Assembly (NCBI GenBank): GCA_043228905.1
Contig: JBHGNT010000013.1
Span: forward strand, 12,524,001 to 12,588,000
Length of the DNA: 64,000 nt
Source: Azolla caroliniana
Taxonomy: Eukaryota; Plantae; Polypodiophyta
Direction of reading: 5' to 3'
The notes beneath the pieces were generated by a model. That model had not been told where the DNA came from and did not search any database. It saw nothing but the letters and a program-made list of their open reading frames with translations. Position 1 is the stretch's first letter. Every line of letters starts with the position of its first letter. Positions 22,219-33,844 of this stretch are shown here, piece by piece. Position numbers and translations under genes: made by a program.

Positions 22219-24315
22219 CTACATGCTCGTCGACTTCGTCTTCCACTTCGAGTATGCGCAATCTTTCCAACCGAACCACCGTAGCCACCCGATCCACCAT
22301 ATCCGGCGCTCACACCTTCTTCCCCGATCGGTTGTAGTAGATCTACCGAACGATGTCGTCGATACGACCGCTCTTCCTTCGTCCACCGCGCGTGTCCTTC
22401 GATTGGACTCCTGGCCACTCCTCACACTCACCGTCTTCAAGTAGGTATTGTAGATCGTTCGTGTCGATCTCCGATTAGGCCGGGTTTGCCCTTGTCCGGA
22501 TTGGTCTCCACCGATCGCTTCTTGGCTTGGTTGGCCTTCGTCTGCATTCACATTTCCCCGAGTCGGGCTCGACCGATTGATTCTGGCTGGGTCGGCCTCC
22601 TTTTGGATCGGAATCGTCCGATCGATTTTCGCCGAATCAGGTTTCGGCCGGGTCGGCCCCGGTCGATCGGCTCCCATGTGGATCTTCCTTCGTTCGGGTC
22701 GGAATCCCGGCCGGATCGTCTTCCGGTTCAACCGGTTCTCGACTCTTCCTTCCTTCCCGCATGCAACCTCTCCATCGAACTCAACCGCAGCTTCATCCTT
22801 GGCCTCCACGTCGACCATATCCTTCCCTCCATGTATGCTCGCCGTGAGCCATATTGTCTCCTCTTTGCCACCTCCTTTATCTTCGGTCTTATGCCGACAC
22901 ACGGTCTCGACTGCCGAAGTCTCCGGAACCGGTGTGAAGGAATCCCTTCGCTCATGCACATTTACCTTGTCTTCTTCATCGACCTTTCGGTCGTCCTCTT
23001 TTTTGTCCACACATTCCGTCTCTCCGGTCTCACGTTGGCGCACGTGCATAACCGCCGAAGTCTCTAGAATAGGTGTGGGGATATCCTTTCTTCCTCGATC
23101 TTCTTCCTCCTTGTGTTGGGCCTTCGTCTTCCCGTCACCACCTTCCGTCTCTCCGGTCTCACGTTGGCGCATGGGTGCAACCGCCAAAGTCTCTGGAACA
23201 ATCGTGGAGAAAGTCTTGACATGGCTATCCGTTGTCGACTCGTCCATAGCCACCTCCGACTCGATGTCGTTTGTCATGGCTACCTCCTCAATCTCTTCAG
23301 ACTCAAACACTTTTCCTCCCTCGATCATGCAAGCTTTTCTCATGCTTGCGCCGTCATCACCCGATGTTTTGTACACAATGCGTGTTCCGAAACATTTATC
23401 CTCCCTCGAAGTGGCGTTCGCCGTCCTCGAGTCATCGGCCTCCTCCTTCGCCGTCGTTTCTTTGTAAGACAAGAAGGTGACTTGTTTCACACCTTCTCTC
23501 TCGGTACCGTCATACCGAACCAGAGCCTTTGTATCGGCCACTTCATTAACCCGCATTTGTTGGGAGGTCTCTTCTTCCTCGATCACCATTCGCCTCGGTT
23601 TTGTCTCCCTTCTAAGCTTCATTTCTTTTGTTGGTGGCGCGTTGTTGCATCTCGTCCCTCTTCGATCGTCCCTCATGGGCCGTCTTGTTGTCGTCGATAT
23701 TCTCGCTTGCCCCTTATCGTGTAGTCGGCATACACTTTCCACTTTGCTCCAATCCTCAATGAGGCCATTTGCACCATCATCTTCTTCGAGTTTGAGGCCG
23801 ATCGCCATCCTTTCCATTCGATCGATTGACTTCACGAACATAAGGACCTTATCGACCCCCACCAATCTTTGTTCCCGCTCCGACAATTGAGAAAAATGAT
23901 GCTCGAAGTCTACGAATGCTTGTGTCGCACCTTGGTGGGTCTTCGCTGATGTCACCCATTGGTCGAAGTTGCGTCGATCTCGTCCCTTCAGTCTCTCATA
24001 GCCATATTCCTCCAATAGAGCCTTCTCGAAAGTCGCCCACGAATCATGAGCTTCTAGAAGCTCGTTTACATCTTTGAAGATCGGTTGAGACACCACCCGA
24101 CAAAAGTACTCTAGCCTCATAGCTTTGTCCACACCTCTTGAATCCATCTCCGCATTGTAGACTTTTAGGAAACTTTGGACATCGGCGCCGTTGAAATAGC
24201 TCATTCGTTCGACTACTTTGTCGACGGCTTGTTGGGCTTCATTTCTTCTTTTCTCTTCTCTCAGAAACTCCATCATCCTTCTTGCCATTGCCTCCATGAG
24301 ATATTCGCCATCCAT
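22219..24315 (-). CDS. 698-aa Gag-like protein: capsid-like N-terminal ~190 aa plus long charged, repetitive tail
   Basis: Only long ORF between PBS and PPT, starting just after the PBS; FNGADVQSFLKVY..SWATFEKALLEEY resembles Gypsy capsid; no CCHC, PR, RT or INT motifs. Confidence 0.8.
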   Translation of the reverse strand: MDGEYLMEAMARRMMEFLREEKRRNEAQQAVDKVVERMSYFNGADVQSFLKVYNAEMDSRGVDKAMRLEYFCRVVSQPIFKDVNELLEAHDSWATFEKALLEEYGYERLKGRDRRNFDQWVTSAKTHQGATQAFVDFEHHFSQLSEREQRLVGVDKVLMFVKSIDRMERMAIGLKLEEDDGANGLIEDWSKVESVCRLHDKGQARISTTTRRPMRDDRRGTRCNNAPPTKEMKLRRETKPRRMVIEEEETSQQMRVNEVADTKALVRYDGTEREGVKQVTFLSYKETTAKEEADDSRTANATSREDKCFGTRIVYKTSGDDGASMRKACMIEGGKVFESEEIEEVAMTNDIESEVAMDESTTDSHVKTFSTIVPETLAVAPMRQRETGETEGGDGKTKAQHKEEEDRGRKDIPTPILETSAVMHVRQRETGETECVDKKEDDRKVDEEDKVNVHERRDSFTPVPETSAVETVCRHKTEDKGGGKEETIWLTASIHGGKDMVDVEAKDEAAVEFDGEVACGKEGRVENRLNRKTIRPGFRPERRKIHMGADRPGPTRPKPDSAKIDRTIPIQKEADPARINRSSPTRGNVNADEGQPSQEAIGGDQSGQGQTRPNRRSTRTIYNTYLKTVSVRSGQESNRRTRAVDEGRAVVSTTSFGRSTTTDRGRRCERRIWWIGWLRWFGWKDCAYSKWKTKSTSM

Positions 24316-24336
24316 CTTCGTCCTCCCCTGCTGCTC

Positions 24337-24354
24337 TTCACGTCGGGTTCACCA
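24337..24354 (-). promoter_or_regulatory. Primer-binding site complementary to tRNA-Trp
   Basis: Minus strand TGGTGAACCCGACGTGAA, 5 nt from the 5' LTR; matches the 3' end of plant cytosolic tRNA-Trp (..UUCACGUCGGGUUCACCA) as I recall it. Confidence 0.85.
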
Positions 24355-26889
24355 AATGATGTCGCGAAGATTCGCGCGTGCGTGTGCTACTCGAGCGACC
24401 ACCGGGGTCTTGGACTGGGGAGGATGTTCGCGGAATTATCGAAGAGATGACGATCAATGTAAGATTAGATGAAATTGGTTTACTTGAGAAGAAGAAAAAT
24501 TGTACACTTGAGAAGTAGAAAATAATGAAGAAGATAAAGACAAATATAATTATATTGATGATAATGGTGTTGGTGATATCACATATTGAGCCCCCCTTAC
24601 ACAAGCCCAACTAGAGGCTTTTATAGGTCTTTCCATGCTCGTGACATGCACAAAACCATGGGCTAAAACCATGGTTTTGTGCACATGGTTTTGCTTATGT
24701 CATGCACAAACCATGGGTTTAAAACCATGGTTTTGTGCACATGGTTTTCTATGGTTGTTTCGTCTATAATTTGTATATGAAAAGAAAATACATAAAATCT
24801 ACACTATATGATAGTTGTCCTAATGGTAAGGCAATCATCTTGTATCTTAGAGGTGCAAGGTTCAAACCTTGCTTGCACCCCTCTGTATGAACTCAAGTGC
24901 CACTAGGCATTAGGAGGCTTATTTGCTAAGTGTATGTGCAATGTTGCACATCCTTGGTTTATTCGTCTCACTCGGTTTCACACCGTAGCCGAAAATCGTC
25001 ACGACAACGTGGATAAGTGTGAGGGTTAAATGAGAGTGTAAAGAAGGGGAGGATTACTTTTAATCCTCGGGATTGAGACAACCCATTAGGTCAAGAGTGA
25101 ACTTGCCTGGGGGCCTTGGGTATCGCTATAAATAAAAGTTCTAGCTACCCTCATTTGATCATCTTTTGACTACATCGAGACTCTGCTCGTGTGGTGGGTC
25201 AACTCTTGTAGCGAGCGCGCCAGCACCAGGTACGACTCGACGCCACGGCGGTGGTATGGGACGCCGATCGAGGCTCGAGTCCGTCTCGATCCCTTCGCTC
25301 GGGGGTGGTCGGGTGGATCGGCACCCTCCTTTCTCTTTCTCCTTTCTATCTATCTTTTCATTATCCTTATCTTAAGCTTACGTTAGTACCAAGATCTATA
25401 ATACTTGGTCTGGACAAGTTGCGGCAATTCTCGGGTGCGCTCGGGTTGCGTCACCTCGACATGCCAAACTTGAGGGGGAGAACAGTCCCGAATGACCAAG
25501 CAAGGCAGCAGGAAAGGAGCGGACACCGCGACACCGAGTCCGAGTCGGTTGACTTCGGATCGGCTGAAGAAGCCGAGGGCGGACCCACGGAAAAGTTCGA
25601 AAGCGGACAGAAGGGGAGCAGCCGAAGGAGAGAGCCGAAGCCAACCACGCATGGGGGAGATGATGCAATCAAGGGCGAGAAGACCGAAGACGAGTTGGAG
25701 ACAGCCAACTCGGACGAGAGCGAAAACCGATCGGAAGCAGCCGAGTCGGTTTGGATGTTTGATTCAGACACGTTGAATAACCGAGGCCCAAGCGGAAGAA
25801 AAGGCAGCAGAAGAAGTGTCGACACCGCAACAACAGAAGAGCTGATAAGGGTCACATGAGCAGACAAGCCGACCGGAAGGGTCGAAGCGCGCGGAGTCGA
25901 ACAGGTCGAGGAGCGCGAGCGAGGCGTGAAGTCAAGAGGAACCGGAGCTGTGAAGATCCCGAAGAGCCTCAAGTTGAGCTTGAGGGGGAGTGTTGAGAGA
26001 CAAACTCAACATCGGCCGGATCGGCTGAAGAAGCCGAGGCCCGGATCGGCTGGGACCGATCGGTTAGGCCGTGAGGAATATATTTGGGAGTTAGTGTAGG
26101 AGCTCTTAATGAGCATTGAAGTACTGTCAGTACTCCAATCAGTCCACTAGGGCTTGTACAAAGTGTTCATTGAACACATATATGTATTGTTTTTTTTGTC
26201 TTTCATAATACACGATCCTTTTGGTGTCTTCTCTCTAACTCTCTCGGTCTGTCCCACGTATACTGTGTAAGCTCAAGCTCTCCATTAAACCTGAGTGTTC
26301 TCCCTTCTGTTCTGTCTTTATACTCGCTTCCGCACGCTACTTTTTACAGAGGGGTAGTGACAAGTTTACACTTTGTCATCCCAAACTTGAAGAGCAGATT
26401 AAGGATATAGTGTCACTGGGAGATCATGATGCACTCAGAGGTTTGAATTACATCAATGCCTAGGAAGTAATGAAGCTCTTTCATGTCCGTCATCTCTAAT
26501 TTTCCAAAGAGGAGGGACTTGACCTTATTGATGTTGACTAGCTGCTCACCGCCAATTACAAGATCATCCACACGTAGAATGATAAAGATTAGACTTTTAG
26601 AATTTCTTTTCACATAGAGAAGGTTGTCGGACTTGGACATTCTGAAGCCGATTCGATGAAGATATTGAGTGATCTTGGAATGTCAAGCCCGAGGCACTTG
26701 CTTAAGGCCATAGAGTGGCTTCTTTCATCGGCACACTTCTGTTAGATGTGTGCTTGATTCGAAGCCATGCGGTTGTGCCATGTACACCTCCTCTTCTAAT
26801 TCTCCTTGAAGAAAAGGATTCTTAACATCCATTTTATGGAGATGCCACCCTTTTGTTGTTGTGAGCACAATCACAGTTTGAATGGTTGT

Positions 26890-29800
26890 TGTCATGATAT
26901 GGCAAAACTCGAACCCATGACCTTATGTTACATGGGTCAAGCTCTTGACCATTAGACTATATATTGTAATACAAAGGATATTATTTTCATTTAAGTTTTA
27001 CTATAGAAAATTGATGTATATTCCAGATTTCTCTGGAACATTCTAGAAACTTCAGGAGTACTCTTGAGAACACTATAAAAGGAGGCACAAGGCATTATTT
27101 CGAACCAAATCGGTTCAACGCCAGTCTTAAGCCTCCTAGCCATCCTTGTATATTCTTTTCACATAATATATCCTTGTCATCATCATTCTCTCTATCTCTC
27201 TCTCTCTCTCTCCTTCTCTCGAGTGTGCTACACCCTCTTTTCCTCTTAGTACTAATATTCATCTCTTAGTACTAATTTCCTCTCTGTGTCAGTACTATTC
27301 CTGACAGTTTGAACCGATATTTCACCTCTTTCCTGCTCTTCCTTTTATCTTCTTATGTTTCCCTCCCTTCATACTAATATTTTATTCCTCTTTCCTCTCA
27401 TCCTATGGCCACTGTTAGCGCTCAAGAATATCAATCTGTTTTCTCGGACCTGCAATGCTTGAAAGAGAAGTTCCTTGCTTTGGAACAAGAAAATCAACGA
27501 TTGTTGGGGGATCTTCAACAAATCTCCTTAGAAAAGCAACAGACACAACAACAAGGGGAACTAGCGCTATGTGTGCAACAACTCGAAGCAACCATAGTAG
27601 CAATGCAACAACAAGGACCTAGTACGCAAGGGATTCATAAAGAACCCAAGATCGTCCTTCCCATGAAATTCGATGGAACGCGATCACAGTTTAGAGGATT
27701 CCGTAATTAGGTACGATTAGACATTCAAATACATCCTTCCCGATATCCCACCAATGCATCATGAGTGGGTTTAGTAGGCACATTGTTAAGTAGCTCAACT
27801 TTGGCATGGTTCGCTCCTTTACTAAACAATTCTGAAGAGTTTTTAAGTGAGTTTAATGTTTGTTTTGGAGATACTAACAACATAAGGACAACAATCAACA
27901 AAATCCGACGATTACGTCAAGGTGATCGTCTAGCCTCCGCATACGCTATAGATTTCTACCCACTCGCCTCTGATATCCCCTGGGATGACCATGCACTAAT
28001 GGAGCAATTTCGTTATGGTCTACATAACAGTGTCAAGGATTTACTCTTGACCTTCCCCGAAGAGCAAAAGTCATTGACAGAAGCAATCAGTCACACAGTG
28101 AGATGTGACAACCGTCTTTTCGAACGACGTTCGGAACATCGGTTCCAGATGCCAAGGGCAAGATCAGATCCCAGCTACACCTCAGTGGTAGCAAAACCTT
28201 TTCCAAGGGAGTCATATAATGCGTCTCTAGTGAATACTCCAACTCTGATGGAAATTGACACTACACATCATCGCAGACCATTATCGGAAGAAGAAAAGTA
28301 GCGATGTCGAGCAAATCGACTATGTCTTTATTGCAGTGGACCAAGGCATATTGTAGTGAACTGTCCGCATAGGCCAAGAAGACAGGTAAACCAAATAGTT
28401 GCTAGTTCTAATTGTACTAAACCTTTGTCTATTTCAGTAGGAATATATGATAGTCCTAATAGTACTAATAGGACAAATCTATCGAACAAATTTAATGTCC
28501 TTAGTTAGTTAGAAGAAGAATTAAACGACTAAGTCTAGCCAAAATAGGAGCTGTTTGGTTGGACAACCCTAGATCTGTGCAACCCATTAGTGGTTCCATT
28601 CCCTCTAAGCAAGTTAGCAATGTGTTCTTAGCCCAAGTAACAGTTAGTACTAAAAGTACCACTCTAGTACATGTCTCAACACTCCTAGATTCCGGAGCTA
28701 ATTCTTGCTTCATGGATAGGAATTTTGCCCAAGCTCATCACATATCCCTAAGAAAACTCCCATGTTCAGCCTCTATAGTAGTCATTGATGGTCGTCCCAT
28801 TGCTTCCAGAAATATCATAGAATAGTCAGAGCCTGTTAATATTGTCCTAGATAATTTAGTGTGTCTAGTATCATTTAATATAATTAGTATCCTAGAACAT
28901 CCCATTGTTTTGGGATTACCATGGATCAAATTACATAACCCAGACATAGATTGGAGAACAAGAGAAATCCGGTATCGACAAACCTGAGGATCTACTCATA
29001 AGATTGTAACCATTTCGCTAAATCAGTTGCGTGACGAAGGACGAAAGGAAGAGATGTTTCTCTTCGTAGTATCAGTAAAACCCTCCAACACCACTAAAGA
29101 GGAGTCCACCGTTCACCTTCCAAACAAGTATCGTCATCATGCCGATGTGTTCGATAAAGTACAAGCCAATACGCTTCCTCACCATCGACCATATGATTTC
29201 CCCATCGATTTACAAATGGGAAAAGAGCCACCATGGGGACCGATCTACAATTTGTCACCAAACGAGCTAGAAGTCCTTCGAGCCTATATAGAGGAGAATT
29301 TGGCAAATGGTTTCATTTGACATTTGAAATCTCCAGCCGGCGCACCCATTGTCTTCGTTAACAAAAAGGATGGATCACTTCGTCTCATCATAGATTACCG
29401 TGGCTTGAATAAGGTCACCATCAAGAATAGGTATGCACTTCCCCTTATCTCAAGTCTTTTAGAACGGATCAATGGTGCAAGGTTCTTCACAAAGATCGAC
29501 TTATGAGGAGCAGATAACCTCGTACGGATCCAACCAGGAGATGAATGGAAAATCGTGTTTCACACCAGATATGGGCACTTCGAGTATACGGTGTCGTGAA
29601 GATTTTCGACAATAGTGTGAAACTTGTGAGGAATATACAAAATTGAGTATGAATCATATAAAAAAATAATAGTGAAAATACTATTTAAAATAATTTTAAT
29701 ATCTTAATACAAAAAGATGGAGGTCTTCAAGAGCTTTCGAATGCACTTTACTATATAAGAAACGGACATCTAAGTCTCAAGTTATGTGGGTAGGAAGTTT

Positions 29801-32800
29801 GCAAAGGAAAAGAGAAAGATAAAACTGTGAGATAACCCACATAGATAGGACAAATAAGGATCCCACCATATATAAGGCAGAGCAAAAGCTATTATCTTTG
29901 TGTTTATGTGTGGAGCATAGAAAGTTTAAGGTGACTTGAACTAAGCTAATTGGATGAGTGGGTGTAAAGGTTTGCGGGACTGGCAACAGAACTGGCGACC
30001 GACAAGCATCAACCGATCGACGATCGGCAAACGACTCGGGATGCGGATCGAATCAGATTGGGATGCGGACTGGTTGGACGGATCGGTTGGGTCGGTTGAT
30101 TGCGATGCATAGTGTCTTAACGATATTTGGTCCAAAAACCTAATAGTATTTTGTGCATAAAAGAAAAATATGTAAGCAAGACTCGAACTTTGCACCTCCA
30201 AGATAGGAAGCAATAGTTTACCATTAAGCCAAATAATTTCTTTGGGGATTATATTTTTATCATTATAGCTTTACATGTAAATTCTCATCTTGATTGAGTG
30301 ACATGTGATGCATGAGCACCAAATGGCAAACATGCATCACATGCATTGTATGCATGTCTTGTACCCTCACATGCATCATATGCATGGGAGCATCTATAAA
30401 AGGGTGGATGAAAAAGATCAAGGGGGGCTTGGTACTTTATATCAAAATTAATATTAAGATGAAAATTCGTTATCCAATTGATGTATTAATCTTGTTCTTC
30501 AAATCTAAAGTCAAGAGTTCAATCTTAATCTCTCTCTCAATCTAAAGTCAAGCGTTATAGCTTATCTCAATCTCTCTCTTTCAATCTATCTTAAATCCTT
30601 TCTCGCTAAAGCTAGTGCAAACTTCTAGTCCTTCTGGTCCAGAACCCCGGTAGTTCCGCCTCATGATCCGCACTTAGTGACGGATCTTCACGACAATGGT
30701 CATGCCATTCGGCCCCACTAATGCGCCAACAATCTTCTAGCACATGGGAAATGATATATTCCGAGATCTCTTGGATGTTTGTTTGATCATCTATTTGGAT
30801 GATCTACTGGTTTATTTGAAAACCCAAGAAGAGCATGATTCTCATGTAATGTTAGTACTAAAACGATGATTTGAGAACATGGTCTTTATGCAAAGCTTGA
30901 AAAATGTAGTTTCGGGTGCAACCAGGTAGAATTTCTAGGCTATGTCATTTCCTCGGAAGGCATCTCCATGGATCCAGCTAAGGTCAAAACGGTGGTAGAG
31001 TGGCAGACTCCACGTTCATTGCGAGATTTGCTATGCTTTTTAGGCTTTGCTAATTTCTACCACAAGTTTATACATGATTACTCAAAGCTTGTTTTGCCTC
31101 TCACACAACTTACGAGAAAGGGACAATCTTTCGTTTGGTCTGAAGAAGCAGACATGGCTTTTGAGAGTCTTAAGAAGGCATTTACATCAGCTCCTATTCT
31201 AGCTCATGTTGATCCGGAAAACCCATTCATCATTGAAGCAGACGCATTGGATTTCGCCTTGGGTAGCATTCTGTCACAATAAGGCGATGATGAAAAGCTA
31301 CATCTTGTGGCTTTCCACTCACGCAAGTTTGACGCCACAGAAATCAACTATGAAATTGATGATAAGGAGCTATTAGCAATAATGGACTCTTTTATGCAAT
31401 GGAGGCATTTTCTAGAGGGATCTTCTCATCAAGTCACCGTATTCAGTGATCACAAAAACTTTGCCTACTTTCAGAATGCTCGTGTGTTAAATCGACGCCA
31501 AGCTCAGTGGGCCCAATTCCTCACTCATTTTGACTTCAAAATCACATATCGTACGGGGAAGCAACAAGGGAAGGCAGATGCATTATCACGATGCTCCTAT
31601 CTAGCACCGCGTCCTGGCAAGCCAGCTTTCGATAACCAAAAGCAAGTAATCCTCGGACCGACACGATTGCAAGCAACGCATGTCTTCGGTATGCCTTTGG
31701 ATTCCCACGTTATCAATACCATACGTGAGGACTTGAAGACAGATGCTTTCACCCAAGAAATTCTAGCACAAATTGATCCCTCTTGAGCATCTTGTTCACA
31801 GTTGCAATAACCACTGCCAGTCTATTGACAATTCGAATGTCATGATGGATTATTATTCTTTAAGAAACTCTTGTATGTTCCTAATGGTTCTTGTCACCTT
31901 CGAGTAGTCCAAAACTGTCATGGCACATATACAGTTGGGCATTTTGGTAGTACTAAAACTTTAGATTTAGTATAATGATCATTCTAGTGGCCCCATATGC
32001 GATAATTTGTCGAGGATTTTGTTCGGACTTGTGATACATGTTGCAGAGCAAAAATGCTAAGGCATCATCCATATGGTTTATTAGAACCATTACCAATTCC
32101 AAGCAAGCCATGGCAATCCATTGCTCTAGTTATCATGACAGATCTTCCGGTCTCTAAGGGATTCAATGCGATCTTAACAGTAGTAGATCGATATACGAAG
32201 ATGGCCCATTTCTTGCAATGTACTAAGGAAATCTCCAGTGAAGAAACCGCCAAAACTATCATGTGTGAAGTATGTCGGCATAATGACCTTCCCGATAGTA
32301 TCATCAGCGACCGTGGACAACAGTTCGTCTCGAAATTCTAGAAGCACCTCTTTAAAATGCTCAAGATCACTTGTAACCTCTTCTCCGGCTACCACCCGCA
32401 AACAAACGGCCAATCAGAACAAACAAATCAAAGACTGGAGCAGTATCTTCGGTGCTTCCTAAGCTATCATCAAGATGACTAGGGGGATATTCTCCACTTC
32501 GCCGAATTTGCGTATAATAACTCTGTCCACTCATCGACAAAGGTTACACCATTTTATGCTTATACGGGTTGTCACCCCCGGTGGTGTGTATTTGAAACCC
32601 CAGAGTTACCCACAAATCCTTGCGTAGAGGATCGTTTGGAGCGGTTACGGAAGATACAAGAGGATTTATCTACTCATCTACAACAAGCTCAACAAACACA
32701 CAAGCTTTACGCGGATCGTCATTGGCTTCCATCTAGTTTTAACATTGGAGATCGGGTATGGCTATTACGACGACACATCAAGACTACTTGTCCATGCGAG

Positions 32801-33624
32801 AAGTTGGATTATTGGCGATTAGGTCCTTTCCGTATTATCAGAAAAATTAATGATGTCGCTTTTTGTCTCAATCTACCTCCACAACTTCGGATACATCCGG
32901 TGTTTCATAGTTCTCTCCTCAAACCCTATCAAGACAACACCTTTCCAGGTCATATTAAACAACCTCCACCCCTAGTCGAACTTGAAGATGGACCTGAGTA
33001 CAAGGTTGCCGCCATCCTAGATTCCAAGATTGTTCGCAACAAGCTCTACTATTTAGTCGATTGGCTAGGATATAGTCCCAACGAGCATACTTGGGAACCA
33101 ATAGAGAATGTGACCAATGCTCGTGCTCTTCTTGAAGACTTCCATCGTCAATATCCAAACAAACCGGGTCCTCAATCCAAAACGACTTGTGACACTCATC
33201 GTTTTAAAGGGGGAATAATGTCATGATACGACAATACTCAAACCCATGACCTTATGTTACGTGGGTGGAACTCTTGACCATTAGACTATATGTTGTAATA
33301 CAAAGGATATTATTTTCATTTAAGTTTTACTATAGAAAATTGATGTATATTCCAAATTTCTCTAGAACATTCTAGAAACTTCAGGAGTACTCCTGAGAAC
33401 ACTATAAAGGAGGCACAAGGCATTATTTTGAACCAAATCGGTTCAACGCCAGTCTTAAGCCTCTTAGCCATCCTTGTATATTCTTTTCACATAATATATC
33501 ATTGTCATCATCATTCTCTCTCTCTCTCTCCTTCTCTCGAGTGTTCTACACCCTCTTTTCCTCTTAGTACTAATATTCATCTCTTAGTACTAATTTCCTC
33601 TTTGTCTCAGTACTATTCCTGACA
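26890..33624 (+). mobile_element. Degenerate full-length Tcn1-like chromovirus (same family as 38664-44466)
   Basis: LTRs 26890-27306 and 33219-33624; decayed TSD GTTGT/ATTAT; gag from 27405 and pol to 33226 with many stops and frameshifts; chromodomain at C-terminus. Confidence 0.93.
29592..30695 (+). mobile_element. Solo LTR of the TGTCG...CGACA family, inserted in an RT gene
   Basis: Ends TGTCGTGAAGAT / ATCTTCACGACA; TSD ACGG/ATGG (intact homologue reads GAGTATACGGTCATG); termini similar to the 21482 element LTR. Confidence 0.9.
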
Positions 33625-33844
33625 ATTATCATCTTTGCCACCGGGGCAAAGGTTTCTTCATAATCAACCCCGTGTGTCTGCGTGTGGCCTTTCGCTACAA
33701 GTTGGGGTTTGTCGTGGTTGACAGTGCCATTGGAATTATACTTTACTTTGTAAATCCATCTACAATTGATTGCTTTCTTGTGAGGTGAGTGAAGAACAAG
33801 GTCCCAAGTTTTGACTTTGTTCAGTGCTCGCACTTCCTTGTCCA

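Larger units (their letters stand above)
21482..25006 (-). mobile_element. Young Gag-only non-autonomous LTR element (TR-GAG-like) inserted in the chromovirus 3' LTR
   Basis: 647-bp LTRs 21482-22128 and 24360-25006 (one difference seen); TGTCG..CGACA ends; 4-bp TSD ACGT; PPT 22129-22140; no pol. Confidence 0.95.
14856..25403 (+). mobile_element. Ty3/Gypsy chromovirus (Reina/Tekay-like chromodomain) inserted in Copia-3
   Basis: LTRs 14856-15310 and 21420-21481+25011-25403 (about 6 differences seen); TSD CTTGG; PBS TGGTATCAGA 15313-15322; PPT AAAGAGGGGGAG ~21406-21417. Confidence 0.96.
10637..26348 (+). mobile_element. Copia-3: Ty1/Copia LTR retrotransposon inserted in the Copia-2 RT
   Basis: LTRs 10637-11012 and 25991-26348 (few SNPs, one ~17-bp indel); TSD GAGGG; PBS TGGTATCAGAGC; PPT TGAGGGGGAG 25981-25990. 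Confidence 0.96.
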
